Assembly (NCBI GenBank): GCA_964016885.1
Contig: OZ024765.1
Location: 2,542,001-2,606,000 of the forward strand
DNA length: 64,000 nucleotides
Source of the DNA: Eledone cirrhosa
Lineage: Eukaryota
Reading direction: 5' to 3'
In this document: piece after piece, positions 29,070 to 43,577 of the stretch
How the letters are laid out: each line of letters starts with the position of its first letter
Numbering within the stretch: the stretch's first letter is position 1
The notes under the pieces: generated by a model
Told to the model about the DNA's origin: nothing
Databases searched by the model: none
Seen by the model: only the letters and a program-made list of their open reading frames with translations
Program-made: the position numbers and the translations under genes

Positions 29070-30120
29070 ACTGCAGTTGGACAGTCTTGCCTAAGTCTCT
29101 CTACAATTCACGATTTTCCATTTCACCTGACAACAGCTTCTTACTGAGGTTTGTATCATCTGAGAGGTCATTGATGATCGATGACTGTTCGATCACGTCT
29201 TCCTCTACTGTGTCTCCCAAGAGTTCCCACAATAGTATCTTGTGTATAACTCTCCTCTACTGTGTCTCCCAAGAGTTCCCACAATAGTATCTTGTGTATA
29301 ACTCTCCTCTACTGTGTCTCCCAGGAGTTCCCACAATAGTATCTTGTATATAACTCTCCTCTACTGTGTCTCCCAAGAGTTCCCACAATAGTAACTTGTG
29401 TATAACTCTCCTCTACTGTGTCTCCCAAGAGTTCCCACAATAGTAACTTGTGTATAACTCTCCTCTACTGTGTCTCCCAAGAGTTCCCACAATAGTAACT
29501 TGTGTATAACTCTTCTCTACTGTGTCTCCCAAGAGTTCCCACAATAGTATCTTGTGTATAACTCTCCTCTACTGTGTCTCCCAGGAGTTCCCACAATAGT
29601 AACTTCTGTATAACTCTCCTCTACTGTGTCTCCCAAGAGTTCCCACAATAGTAACTTCTGTATAACTCTTCTCTACTGTGTCTCCCAGGAGTTCCCACAA
29701 TAGTAACTTGTGTATAACTCTCCTCTACTGTGTCTCCCAGGAGTTCCCACAATAGTAACTTCTGTATAACTCTTCTCTACTGTGTCTCCCAAGAGTTCCC
29801 ACAATAGTAACTTGTGTATAACTCTCCTCTACTGTGTCTCCCAGGAGTTCCCACAATAGTAACTTCTGTATAACTCTCCTCTACTGTGTCTCCCAAGAGT
29901 TCCCACAATAGTAACTTGTGTATAACTTCCTCTACTGTGTCTCCCAAGAGTTCCCACAATAGTAACTTGTGTATAACTCTCCTCTACTGTGTCTCCCAAG
30001 AGTTCCCACAATAGTATCTTGTGTATAACTTCCTCTACTGTGTCTCCCATGAGTTGGTTCCCGCAATAGTATCTTGTGTATAACTTCCTGCTGACTTCTC
30101 CAGCAATGTCTTGCAAAACC
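29070..30120 (-). mobile_element. RTE-type LINE C-terminal fragment containing an expanded 52-bp minisatellite
   Basis: ARHCWRSQQEVIHKILLREPTHG..SRGR motif; the LINE-like sequence resumes after the array. Confidence 0.7.
29200..30088. repeat. 52-bp tandem repeat, ~17 units
   Basis: Unit ctctactgtgtctcccaagagttcccacaatagtaacttgtgtataactctc. Confidence 0.95.
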
Positions 30121-30349
30121 TAAATTACTGGCATCAATTTAATCGAATCTCGCCACCCGTCATAAATGTGATGAGGTTATGGTGGGGTCCCACACTGGAA
30201 TCTGGAACCTTCTCTTATGAACTCTGCCTCTTCACGAAGAAGATCACTACGTAAAAATCGATATGAGCAAAAATTGATTTCAGGACGTAAAATAAACGGA
30301 CTTTAAATCCACCGTTAATATCACTTGAGCAAGTGGAGAAAGGTTTCTC

Positions 30350-30932
30350 TAGTGGTGAGTCGTGCGTTCGACTCCTGGACTGGATTGTGTGTTGTGTTCT
30401 TGAGAAAAACACTTCATTTCATATTGCTCCAGTGGTAAGGGGTGTTGGACTTACAACCATAATGTCAAGGGCTCGATCCCTAACTGGGTTGTGGGTTGTG
30501 TTGTTGAGCAAAACATTTAATTTCACATTGATCCAGTGATCAGGGTGTTGAACTTACAATCTTAACTACTTGGGTCCGATTCCCGGATTGGGTTGTGTGT
30601 TGTGTTCTTGATGAAAACACTTCATTTCATGTCACTCCAGTGGTAAGGGGTGTTGGACTTATGATCATAACATCGTGATTTCGACTCCTGGACTGGGTTG
30701 TGTGTTGTGGTGTTGAGCAAAACACTTCATTTCACATTGCTGCAGTGGTAAAGCTGTTGGACTTCCGATCATCATGACATAGGCCCGATTCCTCAACTGG
30801 GTTGTAGGTTGTGTTCTTGAACAAAACACTTCAATTCATGTCTCTCCAGTGGTAAAGGTGTTCAACTTAGAATTATAATATCGTGGGTTCGATTCCTGAA
30901 TTAGAATTATAATATCGTGGGTTCGATTCCTG
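30350..30932 (+). repeat. ~104-bp tandem array of SINE heads, ~5.5 units
   Basis: Units start at ~30429, 30533, 30637, 30742 and 30846; each has agtggtaa (A-box-like), ggttcgattcc (B-box-like) and CORE-like gttcttgagcaaaacactt. Confidence 0.8.
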
Positions 30933-31419
30933 AAAATGACCCCTTGGCACCACTACCCCTCTACGTACCTGTAACATTCCTCTCCCCATCCCACGTTCCC
31001 ATTCACCTCTCACCCAACCCATCAATGTTGTTCTTCACCCCTCACACGATCCTCACCCCCTCAACGTTGTTCTCCCCTCACCCCCCAATGGGCCTTTTCA
31101 CTCCTCCCATTGTCCTTTTTACCTCTTCAAAGTTCTTCTCCCCCCCCCCCACCACCACCACATGGTCCTCTCCCTACTCCTCAACGTTCCTCTCCTCCCC
31201 TCCACCCATCTTATCAGCGTGTATCTCCACCCCTAAAGTTCCTCAAAGTAAACCCCCTCCCTCAACTTCCTACCCCGACCCTACCCCATACCTACAAATA
31301 CCAAGGAAGTCAACTCTTCCTTTTTCCCCCTTGTTGTTGCTGTTGTTGTTGTTGACGTTGTTATTGTTGTTGTATATATATATACAATAAGGTTGCATTC
31401 ATATATACACACATACATT

Positions 31420-31458
<39 letters not shown>

Positions 31459-31481
31459 TAATATATATATATATATACATT

Positions 31482-31513
<32 letters not shown>

Positions 31514-31560
31514 GACACAAACACAAACAGTCACACACACGCCGACACACACACACACTC

Positions 31561-31664
<104 letters not shown>

Positions 31665-31677
31665 TTCTACACGTGTG

Positions 31678-31724
<47 letters not shown>

Positions 31725-31732
31725 GTGTAGAA

Positions 31733-31921
<189 letters not shown>

Positions 31922-31998
31922 TTTATATATATATACACGTGTATATATATATATAATATATTATATACACGTGTGTATATATATATATATATATACAC

Positions 31999-32084
<86 letters not shown>

Positions 32085-32397
32085 GTGTATATAATGTGTA
32101 TGACTTAAAGCTGAGTAAACAATTAGTATTTCAGACTTTCTGATGAGAAAACAGATAAAAACAGATATGAAACAGATAAAACAGATATAGCAGATAACAG
32201 TTATCAACAGTATTGTTTATAGTAATGGTGGTGGTGGTAACTGTTGTGGTGTTGTTGGTGGTGATGATGGTGGTAATAATGATGGGGGCTACAGATAGAG
32301 GGCGCTTTGTAGTATTATTATTTAATTATGATACTACAAAGCGCCCTCTAACTGTAGAGTTCAAATCCCGCCGAGGTTAACTTTGCTTTTCATCCTT

Positions 32398-32632
32398 ACG
32401 GGGGCTGATAAAATAAAGTACCAGTAATACACTGGGGTAATTTGCTGGCCTTGTGCCAAAAGTAGAAACAATTATTACGGGGGTCGATAAAATAAAGTAC
32501 CAGTAATACACTGGGGTAATTTGCTGGCCTTGTGCCAAAAGTAGAAACAATTATTACGGGGGTCGATAAAATAAAGTACCAGTAATACACTGGGGTAATT
32601 TGCTGGCCTTGTGCCAAAAGTAGAAACAATTA
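32398..32632 (+). repeat. 79-bp SINE-tail triplication
   Basis: Three copies of acggggtcgataaaataaagtacc...gtagaaacaattatt. Confidence 0.9.
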
Positions 32633-32860
32633 TTCTATTGAATAATGATGTTTACACTCTACTAATGTATTGAGTACCTTACTTACTGTGGTTACCTCCC
32701 GACTTAACTCGGGATCCACACACACACACACACACATCACATCACACACACACACATCACATCACATACGTAAACGCACACATCTCTCATACACACACAC
32801 TCACATACATATATATATATGTGTGTGTGTGTGTGTGGAAAAAGCGAGAGATAGTCAGGC

Positions 32861-32903
<43 letters not shown>

Positions 32904-32919
32904 GAGAGGAGAGAGGGAG

Positions 32920-33012
<93 letters not shown>

Positions 33013-33338
33013 ATTGTTTATAATATTTCTAGCGAACAAATTTGTGGTTTTTTAATTATGTCGAAACTTCTGATTGATGTAGAGATACATAGATAGTTGG
33101 GTAAGTTGTCGGGTGGGTAGGTGGGTAGGCGGGTAGGTGGGTAGGCGGGTAGGTGGGTAGGCGGGTAGGTGAGGAAGATAGGTAAATTTCTAGATATGCA
33201 TACATGCCCAGGTAAGTTAGTACACTGTAAGATAGGTAGATAGTTAACTTGCTAACTACCCGGGTAGGGGGATTATAAATAGTTAGTTAGGTAGGTTTGT
33301 AGGTAGGTGGGATGGTAGAGAGGTAGATAGATAGATAT

Positions 33339-34545
33339 GTTTCTTTTATTTGCCACCAGGGCATCAAAAGTGGGACAAGTACAATGGGGGGAGTTTACAA
33401 ATCAAGGCGTCCTCAATAAGGAGGAGGCAATAACAAAATATAAAAATAAAATAAAATATAACAGAATAAATAGATAGGTAGGTAGGTAGGTAGGTAGGTA
33501 GATAGATAGGTAGGTAGGTAGGTAGGTAGGTAGGTAGGTAGGTAGGTAGGTAGGTAGGTAGGTAGGTAGGTAGATAGGTAGGTAGATTGATTTCTTTAAT
33601 TACCACAGGCGCGTACAAGAAATGGGACATTACAAGACGTGACGGCGGGGGTTTTACATAAAAAATCTTTAACAATGATGAATAACAATAAACTATATAT
33701 AATAAAATAAAACAATCGACATCCCCAGTAGAGGAGAACGTTACTGCAGGGTTGTTTTACACCCCGTGGATAGAACAACTCTCAACACAAGGAACACGTT
33801 TTGTAAGTGTTCCTGTCTTCCCTCTGTTAATCTTCCTCAACCTACAGGTTTATATACAGAGAAGGTCCAATCACTCGGGCCATTTTGCCCCCATTCACCC
33901 ACCTTTCAGTAAATTTACTGGGGTGCAGCACCTCTCTCTCCACTCTGATTCTCCTTCTGAAGTGTTACCTAAAGAAGGGAATGAGTTGTTGTCCAGAGAG
34001 AAGAGCATATGTCCTTAGTCCTCTCAATCTCGTCCACCATATAACCTCTTTCACCATAGCCACTGTACAGAGGAAAACCGCCTCTCCTTCATTTTTAAAG
34101 ATAGATAGAGAGATAGATGGACATATAAATAGATAGATAGATTCACAGATAGGCAGATACATATATATAGAGAGATAGATATGTTTCTATTTATTGCCAC
34201 GAGGGCGCAAAAGAAGGGGACAAATACAAAGGGGGGAGTTTACACAAAAGAACGAGTGAAAAAACCCAATAACAAATATAAAATTAACAATAAAGTCCTC
34301 AATAGGGAGGAGGCGTTTTTGGGGGGTCGTACACACCCCCGAAAAAGTGTGCAACCCTTCTCCTCAGGAGCACAGAGAGATAGATAGATAGATATGTGTG
34401 TGTGCCTGTGTGATAGATAGATAGATATGAGTCTGTGTGCGTGTCTGTGTGTGTCTGTGTGAGTGTGTGTATTAGATAAATTTCTATATTAGCCACAAGG
34501 GCACACAAGAAGGGGACAAATACAAATGGGGAGTTTACATACAGG
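33339..34545 (-). mobile_element. Cluster of four 5'-truncated Tx1-like 3' ends in (AGAT)n/(AGGT)n
   Basis: Copies at ~33339-33470, 33590-34100, 34183-34377 and 34480-34545 share tttattgccac...gggaca..taca..gggggagtttaca with 46800. FKNEGEAVFLC..AM.KEV.WWTRL is conserved. Confidence 0.8.
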
Positions 34546-34837
34546 TATTTAGATAGATAGTTAGGCAGGTAGGGAGGTAGGGAGGTAGGTAGCTGTAGTT
34601 GTACAGATATCTGATTAAAGACATTCCATTCCTGACCCTCACGTCAGAGTCAGTCCTCTGTCATATGAGAGTATTAACAATGTCTTTACAGGATGGTAAT
34701 TCAGGCAGATAGACTTACAATATACATTATATATTATATATACATATTATATACTTGTATATATATATATATATACATACACGCACATATATATATGTAT
34801 ATATATATATACACATATATATATATACATATATACG

Positions 34838-34945
<108 letters not shown>

Positions 34946-34950
34946 CATAC

Positions 34951-35025
<75 letters not shown>

Positions 35026-35049
35026 GGTATGTAAATATGTAAATATATA

Positions 35050-35096
<47 letters not shown>

Positions 35097-35751
35097 GTAA
35101 ATATATATATATATATATATATATACGCAAACATATATATATACTCATGTCAATATATATATACACACATAAATACATATATATATACACATACATGCAT
35201 ACATACATAAATACACACATACATACATACATACATACATACATACATACATACATACATACATACATACATAAATACCTATACATACACAAACAAACAT
35301 GCATAATTACATACAAACACACACATACATACACACACATACATACACACATACATACACACGTACATATACACGTACAAACATATACACACCCAAACAG
35401 ATGTATAGACATAAATATATAAATATATATTATATATATACCGACAAATGCTGTATTCTACATCAGATACAAAACTTTTGTAGTCATTACATGGTAACTG
35501 TTTCTCTTTCATCTTGCCGGTTCATTGATTCTACACTGTTTGTGTATATATGTATATATATATATATGTGTGTGTGTATGTGTATATATGTATGTATATA
35601 TGTATGTATGTATGTGTGTGTGTGTATGTATGTATATATGTATTTATGTGTGTGTGTGTGTATATGTATGTATATATGTATGTATGTATGTGTGTATGCG
35701 TGTATGTATGTATATATGTATGTATATATATATATATATATATGTGTATGT

Positions 35752-35782
<31 letters not shown>

Positions 35783-35795
35783 TAAGTCTTTATAC

Positions 35796-35847
<52 letters not shown>

Positions 35848-35973
35848 ATTTCATGTACATATATATGTATAGTCGGTATGTATGTATATATATATATATA
35901 CACACATACATATATGTATATATGCATATATATATATATATACATATAAAGTATACACATGTATTTATGCATG

Positions 35974-36033
<60 letters not shown>

Positions 36034-36154
36034 TATATATATATATATATATATGTATGTATACGCACTCACACATACACACACACTTATACATATACAT
36101 TTATATATATATATATATGTGTCTGTATGTATGTTTGTATGCTTGTACACACAC

Positions 36155-36198
<44 letters not shown>

Positions 36199-36771
36199 GT
36201 GTATATATACATATGTATATATGTATGTGTGTATGTACGTACATATATAGTATATGTGTTATGTCTCTATAGCTAGTAGCTAAATATATACATGGTGACT
36301 AAAACAAAAACTGGTACCATTTATATTGTTATCTACATTATTCATTGTTTGACCAAAACTGACAAAACTCGGAATATATTTAGGTGAAACCATTACGAAC
36401 AATATATCAAAAATTCCCTGTCTTCTGATAAGTACAATGTGGTAGAAATATATAATGGGGAAAGGGTGAGAAACGAAACAAAACAAAGAGATATTTTGAA
36501 CAATATATTTCAGCGTGATATTTCGGGGCTTAACTCTCTTTTCAAACGTGAAAGACAAATGCATTACATTAGCTTTTTGAAGCTTATCAGTCTTTTATTA
36601 CGTATCTTACAGTGCTTTGTATTGACTGTAACTCTATCTTGTGATGTTTCTGTCCAGAGTTACAGCCCATGTTTCAAGTGATCTGCATTTCAATCCATAC
36701 TTATTTTTAGGCGGATGGCGAAAAAGCGTGCTCAGGGCCGGGTTTTTTTTATGCATCCTGTATATATATAA

Positions 36772-36834
<63 letters not shown>

Positions 36835-37221
36835 ATGTGTATCTATATTATATATATATATCAAATTGGAGCTAGTAAAAGCAGTTAGACCAGTACTAAC
36901 CAGAGTACTCGATACATGTTTCATATATATATGTATGTGTGTGTGTGTGTTTATATGTATGTATACTTATCTCGCTAAATGTTTAACTCCCTCTCTCTCC
37001 ATCTCCCCCTCTCTCTCTCTCTTTCTCTCTTTTTTTCTCTCTCTACACGCACATATATATGTATATATATATATATATATATAAACAGAATTTAAGATGT
37101 ATTGGGATTCAGATATATTTTTTCTACTTTTGATATACATACATACATATATATACATACATACATTTATATATATATATGAATATATATATATATATAC
37201 ATACAGATATATATATATATA

Positions 37222-37267
<46 letters not shown>

Positions 37268-37328
37268 CAGATATATATATATATATATACACATACAGAT
37301 ATATATATATATATATATACATACATAC

Positions 37329-37367
<39 letters not shown>

Positions 37368-37380
37368 CACATACATACAT

Positions 37381-37419
<39 letters not shown>

Positions 37420-37737
37420 CATACATACATACATACATACATACATACATACATACACATACATACATACATACATACATACATACATACATACATACAT
37501 ACATACATACAAACCTATAATTACTATTGCTACCAGTAAACATGCCTATAATGAAACAGACGCTGTTATCAGTTAGACGAAGATCAGAGATAATGTCTAA
37601 TTGCCGACAGATACCAATTCTCTGTCATTCGATCTTAACGACTCCCTTCATTGTACACAGAACTCTTGTATTTCAATATGTGGAGTAACATATTGAAGTA
37701 GTCAAGTGCCTCTTCCTTGTAGATCTGCGTCTGGGTG

Positions 37738-37812
<75 letters not shown>

Positions 37813-38677
37813 ATAATAATAAACTTTAATCTGTTATTTTAATAAATATATATATATTTATATATATATATATATAATTTTTTATTTTATAGAAGGAGCT
37901 TCTACAGGACTAGTACTGTTTCATTCAGATGAAATCTTCAGCTTCCTGTCTCATGGTCGGGTCGTTGGCGACTAAACTGGCAACCCCACCAAGGTTTCTT
38001 GGTGAGGAGGGTGACTTTGGACATCCTGCAGGACTAAAAACAAGACCTGTCAAAGGGCAAAGGAGCTCTTAAGAGTCAATGGCCATCCAAAATCACAGGG
38101 AGAGATGACCCCTTAGCCTTTGTCAAGGCTTAATTCTAGGAGAAGGAAAACTCTGATATAACACCTGCAACCCTGATGGTATCCAATGATGCTGACTTGT
38201 TCTTCTTTTTGGTAAATATCATCTTGGTTAAGAGAGTGGGACTGGCTTTGTGCAGTGCCTTTGCTCACTATAAAAGCTTCACGGCACAGGCATTGCTTTA
38301 TATCTGGAGATATCTCTGCACTTGTCATCACATATACCATGGGCCCAGCACTATATGTCAATAATGGTCACAAGTGGGGTGTTTGTGCTAGAGTTTTCAA
38401 GTCGGTGGCTGGACTAAAAAGTCTCGTTCAGCGCATCGGTAGGGGTTCTCCTACATGGATATAAAGTAGTGGCCGTACTCGAAAACGAGTTGGCAGCCAC
38501 CATATATATATATATATATATATATAATGAAGGAATTGTGGTAAGGAACCAGATGGACCATAACGCACCAGAGTACTCAATACTTAGGGTAGTAGAGTGG
38601 GTAATAGGAAGATGTATGACCCCAACGTCAGAGCTCAACCCGTTTCGACGGCTATTTCTCCAGCAATAGCCGTCGAA

Positions 38678-39187
38678 AGTAATGGAAAGGACAATGGACA
38701 CATTGTTTCCTTGGTCTGATCTGATGATCAGCTCCTTTCTTCTACCAGGAGTTGTGACTGACAGATAGTATCAGTAATGGAAAGACCAATGGAGACATTG
38801 TTTCCTTGGTCTGATCTGATGATCAGCTCCTTTCTTCTGCCAGGAGTTATGACTGACAGACAGTATCAGTAATGGAAAGACCAATGGAGACATTGTTTCC
38901 TTGGTCTGATCTGATGATCAGCTCCTTTCTTCTGCCAGGAGTTATGACTGACAGATAGTATCAGTAATGGAAAGACCAATGGAGACATTGTTTCCTTGGT
39001 CTGATCTGATGATCAGCTCCTTTCTTCTGCCAGGAGTTATGACTGACAGACAGTATCAGTAATGGAAAGACCAATGGAGACATTGTTTCCTTGGTCTGAT
39101 CTGATGATCAGCTCCTTTCTTCTATCAGGAGTTGTGACTGACAGATAGTATCAGTAATAGAAAGACCAATGGAGGCATTGTTTCCTT
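38678..39187. repeat. 95-bp tandem repeat, ~5.3 units, strongly self-complementary
   Basis: cattgtttcc recurs at 38701, 38796, 38891, 38986, 39081 and 39176. Confidence 0.95.
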
Positions 39188-39726
39188 AATCATATCTAAT
39201 GTTCAGGACATATATTTTCAATTCTATTCAACAGACAGCCTAGATATTTGAAAGAGAGTCTTGCCGTCTGCAGTTAATTTAGGAACTCCGCGGTGTTTCG
39301 TCGTAGGGTTATCCAGATAAATAACAACAACATTTTTATCAAGATTTATAGGATTTGAGGGAATAGTTATTACATTCCAATGAAATCTTATCCATGACAT
39401 TTTTATGGTGATTTTTATTCCCTCATCGTTTCAATATGTGGCATCACGATATCGCCATACTTTTATCATCATTTCCGTCTTTGTGGTATATTATATATCA
39501 GTAATGCACTGGGTAGTTGCTGGCCTTGTGCCTAAAGTAGAAACAATTATATATATATATATAGAAACAATTATATATATATATATATATGTGTGTGTAT
39601 ATATATATATATATGTGTGTGTATATATATATATGTGTGTGTGTGTATGTATATATATATGTATGAATATATATGTATGTATACATTTATATATACATAT
39701 ATATACAGGGAGTGTAACGTGGAGTT

Positions 39727-39776
<50 letters not shown>

Positions 39777-39964
39777 TTGTGTGTGTATGTGTATGAATGT
39801 ATGTGTATGTATGTATGTATATATATTGATATATATATATTTGTGTGTGTATGTGTATATATGTTTATTTATATATATATATATATATACATATATATAT
39901 GTGTACATGTATGTATTAATGTATATGTGTGTGTGTGTACTTATCTCTCCATATATATATCCAT

Positions 39965-40023
<59 letters not shown>

Positions 40024-40109
40024 CATGCCCAATCTAATATGCACAACCATACCTATACAAACACATACTGATGAACAAACAAAACCATACCTCCACACTA
40101 CTCCACACA

Positions 40110-40143
<34 letters not shown>

Positions 40144-40428
40144 CATATATACACACACACACACACACAGACACACGTCTGATTGGCGCACGTTAATGAA
40201 ACATTGAAAGAAATCAATGAATGACTGTAGAAATGAGAGAGAGAGAGAGAGAGAGACGTGTGGGGGTGGGGCGTATAGGTATGGGGTGGGGTGGGGGTAG
40301 ATATGAAGGAGGGGTGTTGGGGAAAGGTGTGTGTGTGTGTGTGTGTGTGTATTAGAATGGCTGATGTCTCTATTGTTGTTGGTGTTAGTTGTGGTGGTGG
40401 TGTTAGTGGTGTTACTGTGTAGGGAGCG

Positions 40429-40478
<50 letters not shown>

Positions 40479-41140
40479 GTATATATATATATGTATATAT
40501 ATATGTATATATATATGTATATATATATGTATATATATATGTATATATATAATATAAGCTTTCAGCGTATTTTTGACTAAAGAAATGTTTAGCCTGATAG
40601 TGGGGTTTAGAACCCTCGGAGAAATGGAAAAAGATGAGTATTGACGTACATGGGAGTCGAACCCACACCTTTGGTTATCCAGACCACTGTGCTACCATTA
40701 CACCAACACATCACCCATGGGTGTTGGTGTAATGGTAGCACAGTGGTCTGGATAACCACAGATGTGGGTTCGACTCCCATGTACGTCAATACTCATCTTT
40801 TTCCATTTCTCTGAGGGTTCTAAACCCCATTATCAGGCTAAACATTTCTTTAGTCAAAAATACGCTGAAAGCTTATATTTCTAATTTCAAACTTGCTCAC
40901 TGTTTCAAAACATACTTATATATATATATATATATTATATATATATATATATATTATATATATATATATATATAGGAACGAGTAGGACCCCGACGGCTAA
41001 TTCTATCCAGAATTAGCCGTCGAAACGGCTTGAGCTCAGCCGTCGGGATCCTACTCGTTCCTATTACCCACTCTACTACCCTAAGTATTGAGTACTTTGG
41101 TGCGTTATGGTCCATCTGGTTCCTTACCACATTTCTTTCG

Positions 41141-41173
<33 letters not shown>

Positions 41174-41431
41174 TCCCGGGGTCAATCGGGGGTAACCACA
41201 GTAAGTAAGGTACTTTGTTGAATACACCCTATTAGTAGGGTGTATTCAACAAAATTTCATATAGAAATGGCTTCCACATGACTAGAACTGTTTCGTTCGA
41301 AAGAAACAATTCTAGTCCTGTAGAAGCCATTTCTATATTAAATTTTAATATATGTATATATATATATATAGTAATAATAAATGTGAAGACTAAAATGCGA
41401 AGAGAGCTCGATTAGGATTATATATATATAT

Positions 41432-41655
41432 ATCCAGTGATTCTTTCCTGAGACATTCTAACCACATGTCCATAGTATCAGAGCTGTGATCTCTCAATTC
41501 AGAGAAGTAGCAGCTCTACCTGGAGTGACTCTCTGGTCTCCGAGCTACACACTCTATCAAGTAACCTTCCTACAGAGACCCTTCGAAAGAACCCCATATC
41601 ACCCCTTTGTATTCGCGATCGTATTCTTTCGGTCATTACTTAAGATTCAGGACCA
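41432..41655 (-). mobile_element. RTE (Rex3/Expander-like) LINE fragment, decayed
   Basis: Manual translation ES*VMTERIRSRIQRGDMGFFRRV...DRVCSSETRESLQVELLLL*IERSQL*YYGHVVRMSQER. Confidence 0.8.
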
Positions 41656-41980
41656 TAAATAAAAAACAAAAGGAATTTTTATATATTTATTTATATTTTC
41701 ATTTTATTTTATTTTATTACTTTTTATTATTTTTTAATGGTTTATTTTTGTTGTTGTTGTTGTTTTAATTTCACAACTGCGTCTCTACTCGGTGCCGGAT
41801 TTCACTGAGGTTCTCTTGTAATTCGGTATCCAGCTGTTGCTATTTATACACACTCATATTTGTACACATACACACACACATACATAAACTCAGGTACACA
41901 CACACACATACATAAACTCAGATACACACACACACATCCACATACGCACACTCAAGAACAAAAGAAACTACTTCAACACA

Positions 41981-42064
<84 letters not shown>

Positions 42065-42631
42065 ATAGTGTCATCATCAATCATTCCCTGCTTAAACTAT
42101 GATCCTACTTGAGTACCATTGACACAATTGGCTCACATGCTGTGTTAACACATATATACACACAGACACACATATATATATATATATACACACAGACACA
42201 CATATATATATATATATATACACACAGACACACATATATATATATATATATATACACACAGACACACATATATATATATATATATATACACACAGACACA
42301 TATATATATATATATATATATACACACAGACACACATATATATATATATATATATACACACAGACACACATATATATATATATATATATACACACAGACA
42401 CACATATATATATATATATATATATACACACAGACACACATATATATATATATATACATGTGTATATATATATATATATATACATGTATATACATGTGTA
42501 TATATATATATATACATGTGTATATATATATATATATATACATGTGTATATATATATCCATATACACATATGAACGTATATATATATATATATACATGTA
42601 TATATATATATCCATATACACATATGAACGT

Positions 42632-42663
<32 letters not shown>

Positions 42664-42693
42664 ATATATATATATCCATATACACATATGAAC

Positions 42694-42767
<74 letters not shown>

Positions 42768-42809
42768 ATATATATATATATCCATATACACATATGAACG
42801 TGTATATAT

Positions 42810-42871
<62 letters not shown>

Positions 42872-42903
42872 ATATATATATATATCCATATACACATATG
42901 AAC

Positions 42904-42965
<62 letters not shown>

Positions 42966-42997
42966 ATATATATATATATCCATATACACATATGAAC

Positions 42998-43045
<48 letters not shown>

Positions 43046-43077
43046 ATATATATATATATCCATATACACATATGAAC

Positions 43078-43152
<75 letters not shown>

Positions 43153-43494
43153 CACACATGTTTATCGTCACCACTAAAATACCATCCACTTTATATCACT
43201 CAAGAAAATATGAGTGCTACATAACAACGAGGTATTAGATTTCCTGAAACAGTCTGGGTTCGATTCCAAGTGTAACTTTATCTTGCTATTACACACATAT
43301 ATATACATATATATATGTGTGTGTATATATAATATGTTGAAAATGTAACACACTAGAGAGAGATAGTGCGCCATCAATAAAACAAGGAAAAACCACCAGT
43401 GTATGGAATCTATAACCTATGAAAGGCAGGGTAGACACACGGTAATTAAAATATAAATTAAAGCGTTGTAGAGTTGTCTGGAATGTATAGCTTT

Positions 43495-43577
43495 ACACAC
43501 GCTGATGAACCATGGGCTACTTCATTTCTGTCAACAACTTCTAGGCGAAACAGATCTCTTTGGATTTGTACGTGTGT
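43495..43577 (+). ncRNA. Type I hammerhead ribozyme
   Basis: ACACAC-G-CTGATGA...ctaggc-GAAA-CAGATC(tcttt)GGATTTG-TA^CGTGTGT. Perfect 7-bp stem I and an 8-bp stem III with G-U pairs; stem II partly degenerate. Confidence 0.8.

Noticed and set aside
36504-36549. Minimal HHR on the minus strand
   Set aside because: Core degenerate (TTGAAAA) and stem II mismatched; at most a fossil.
38678-39187. CRISPR-like periodicity here and at 29200-30088 and 52054-52400
   Set aside because: Units are near-identical tandem repeats without unique spacers, in eukaryotic DNA with no cas genes.
40716-40788. Functional tRNA gene
   Set aside because: Acceptor stem is broken and the anticodon loop (GGA) does not match the Gln-like body; treated as a tRNA-derived element.
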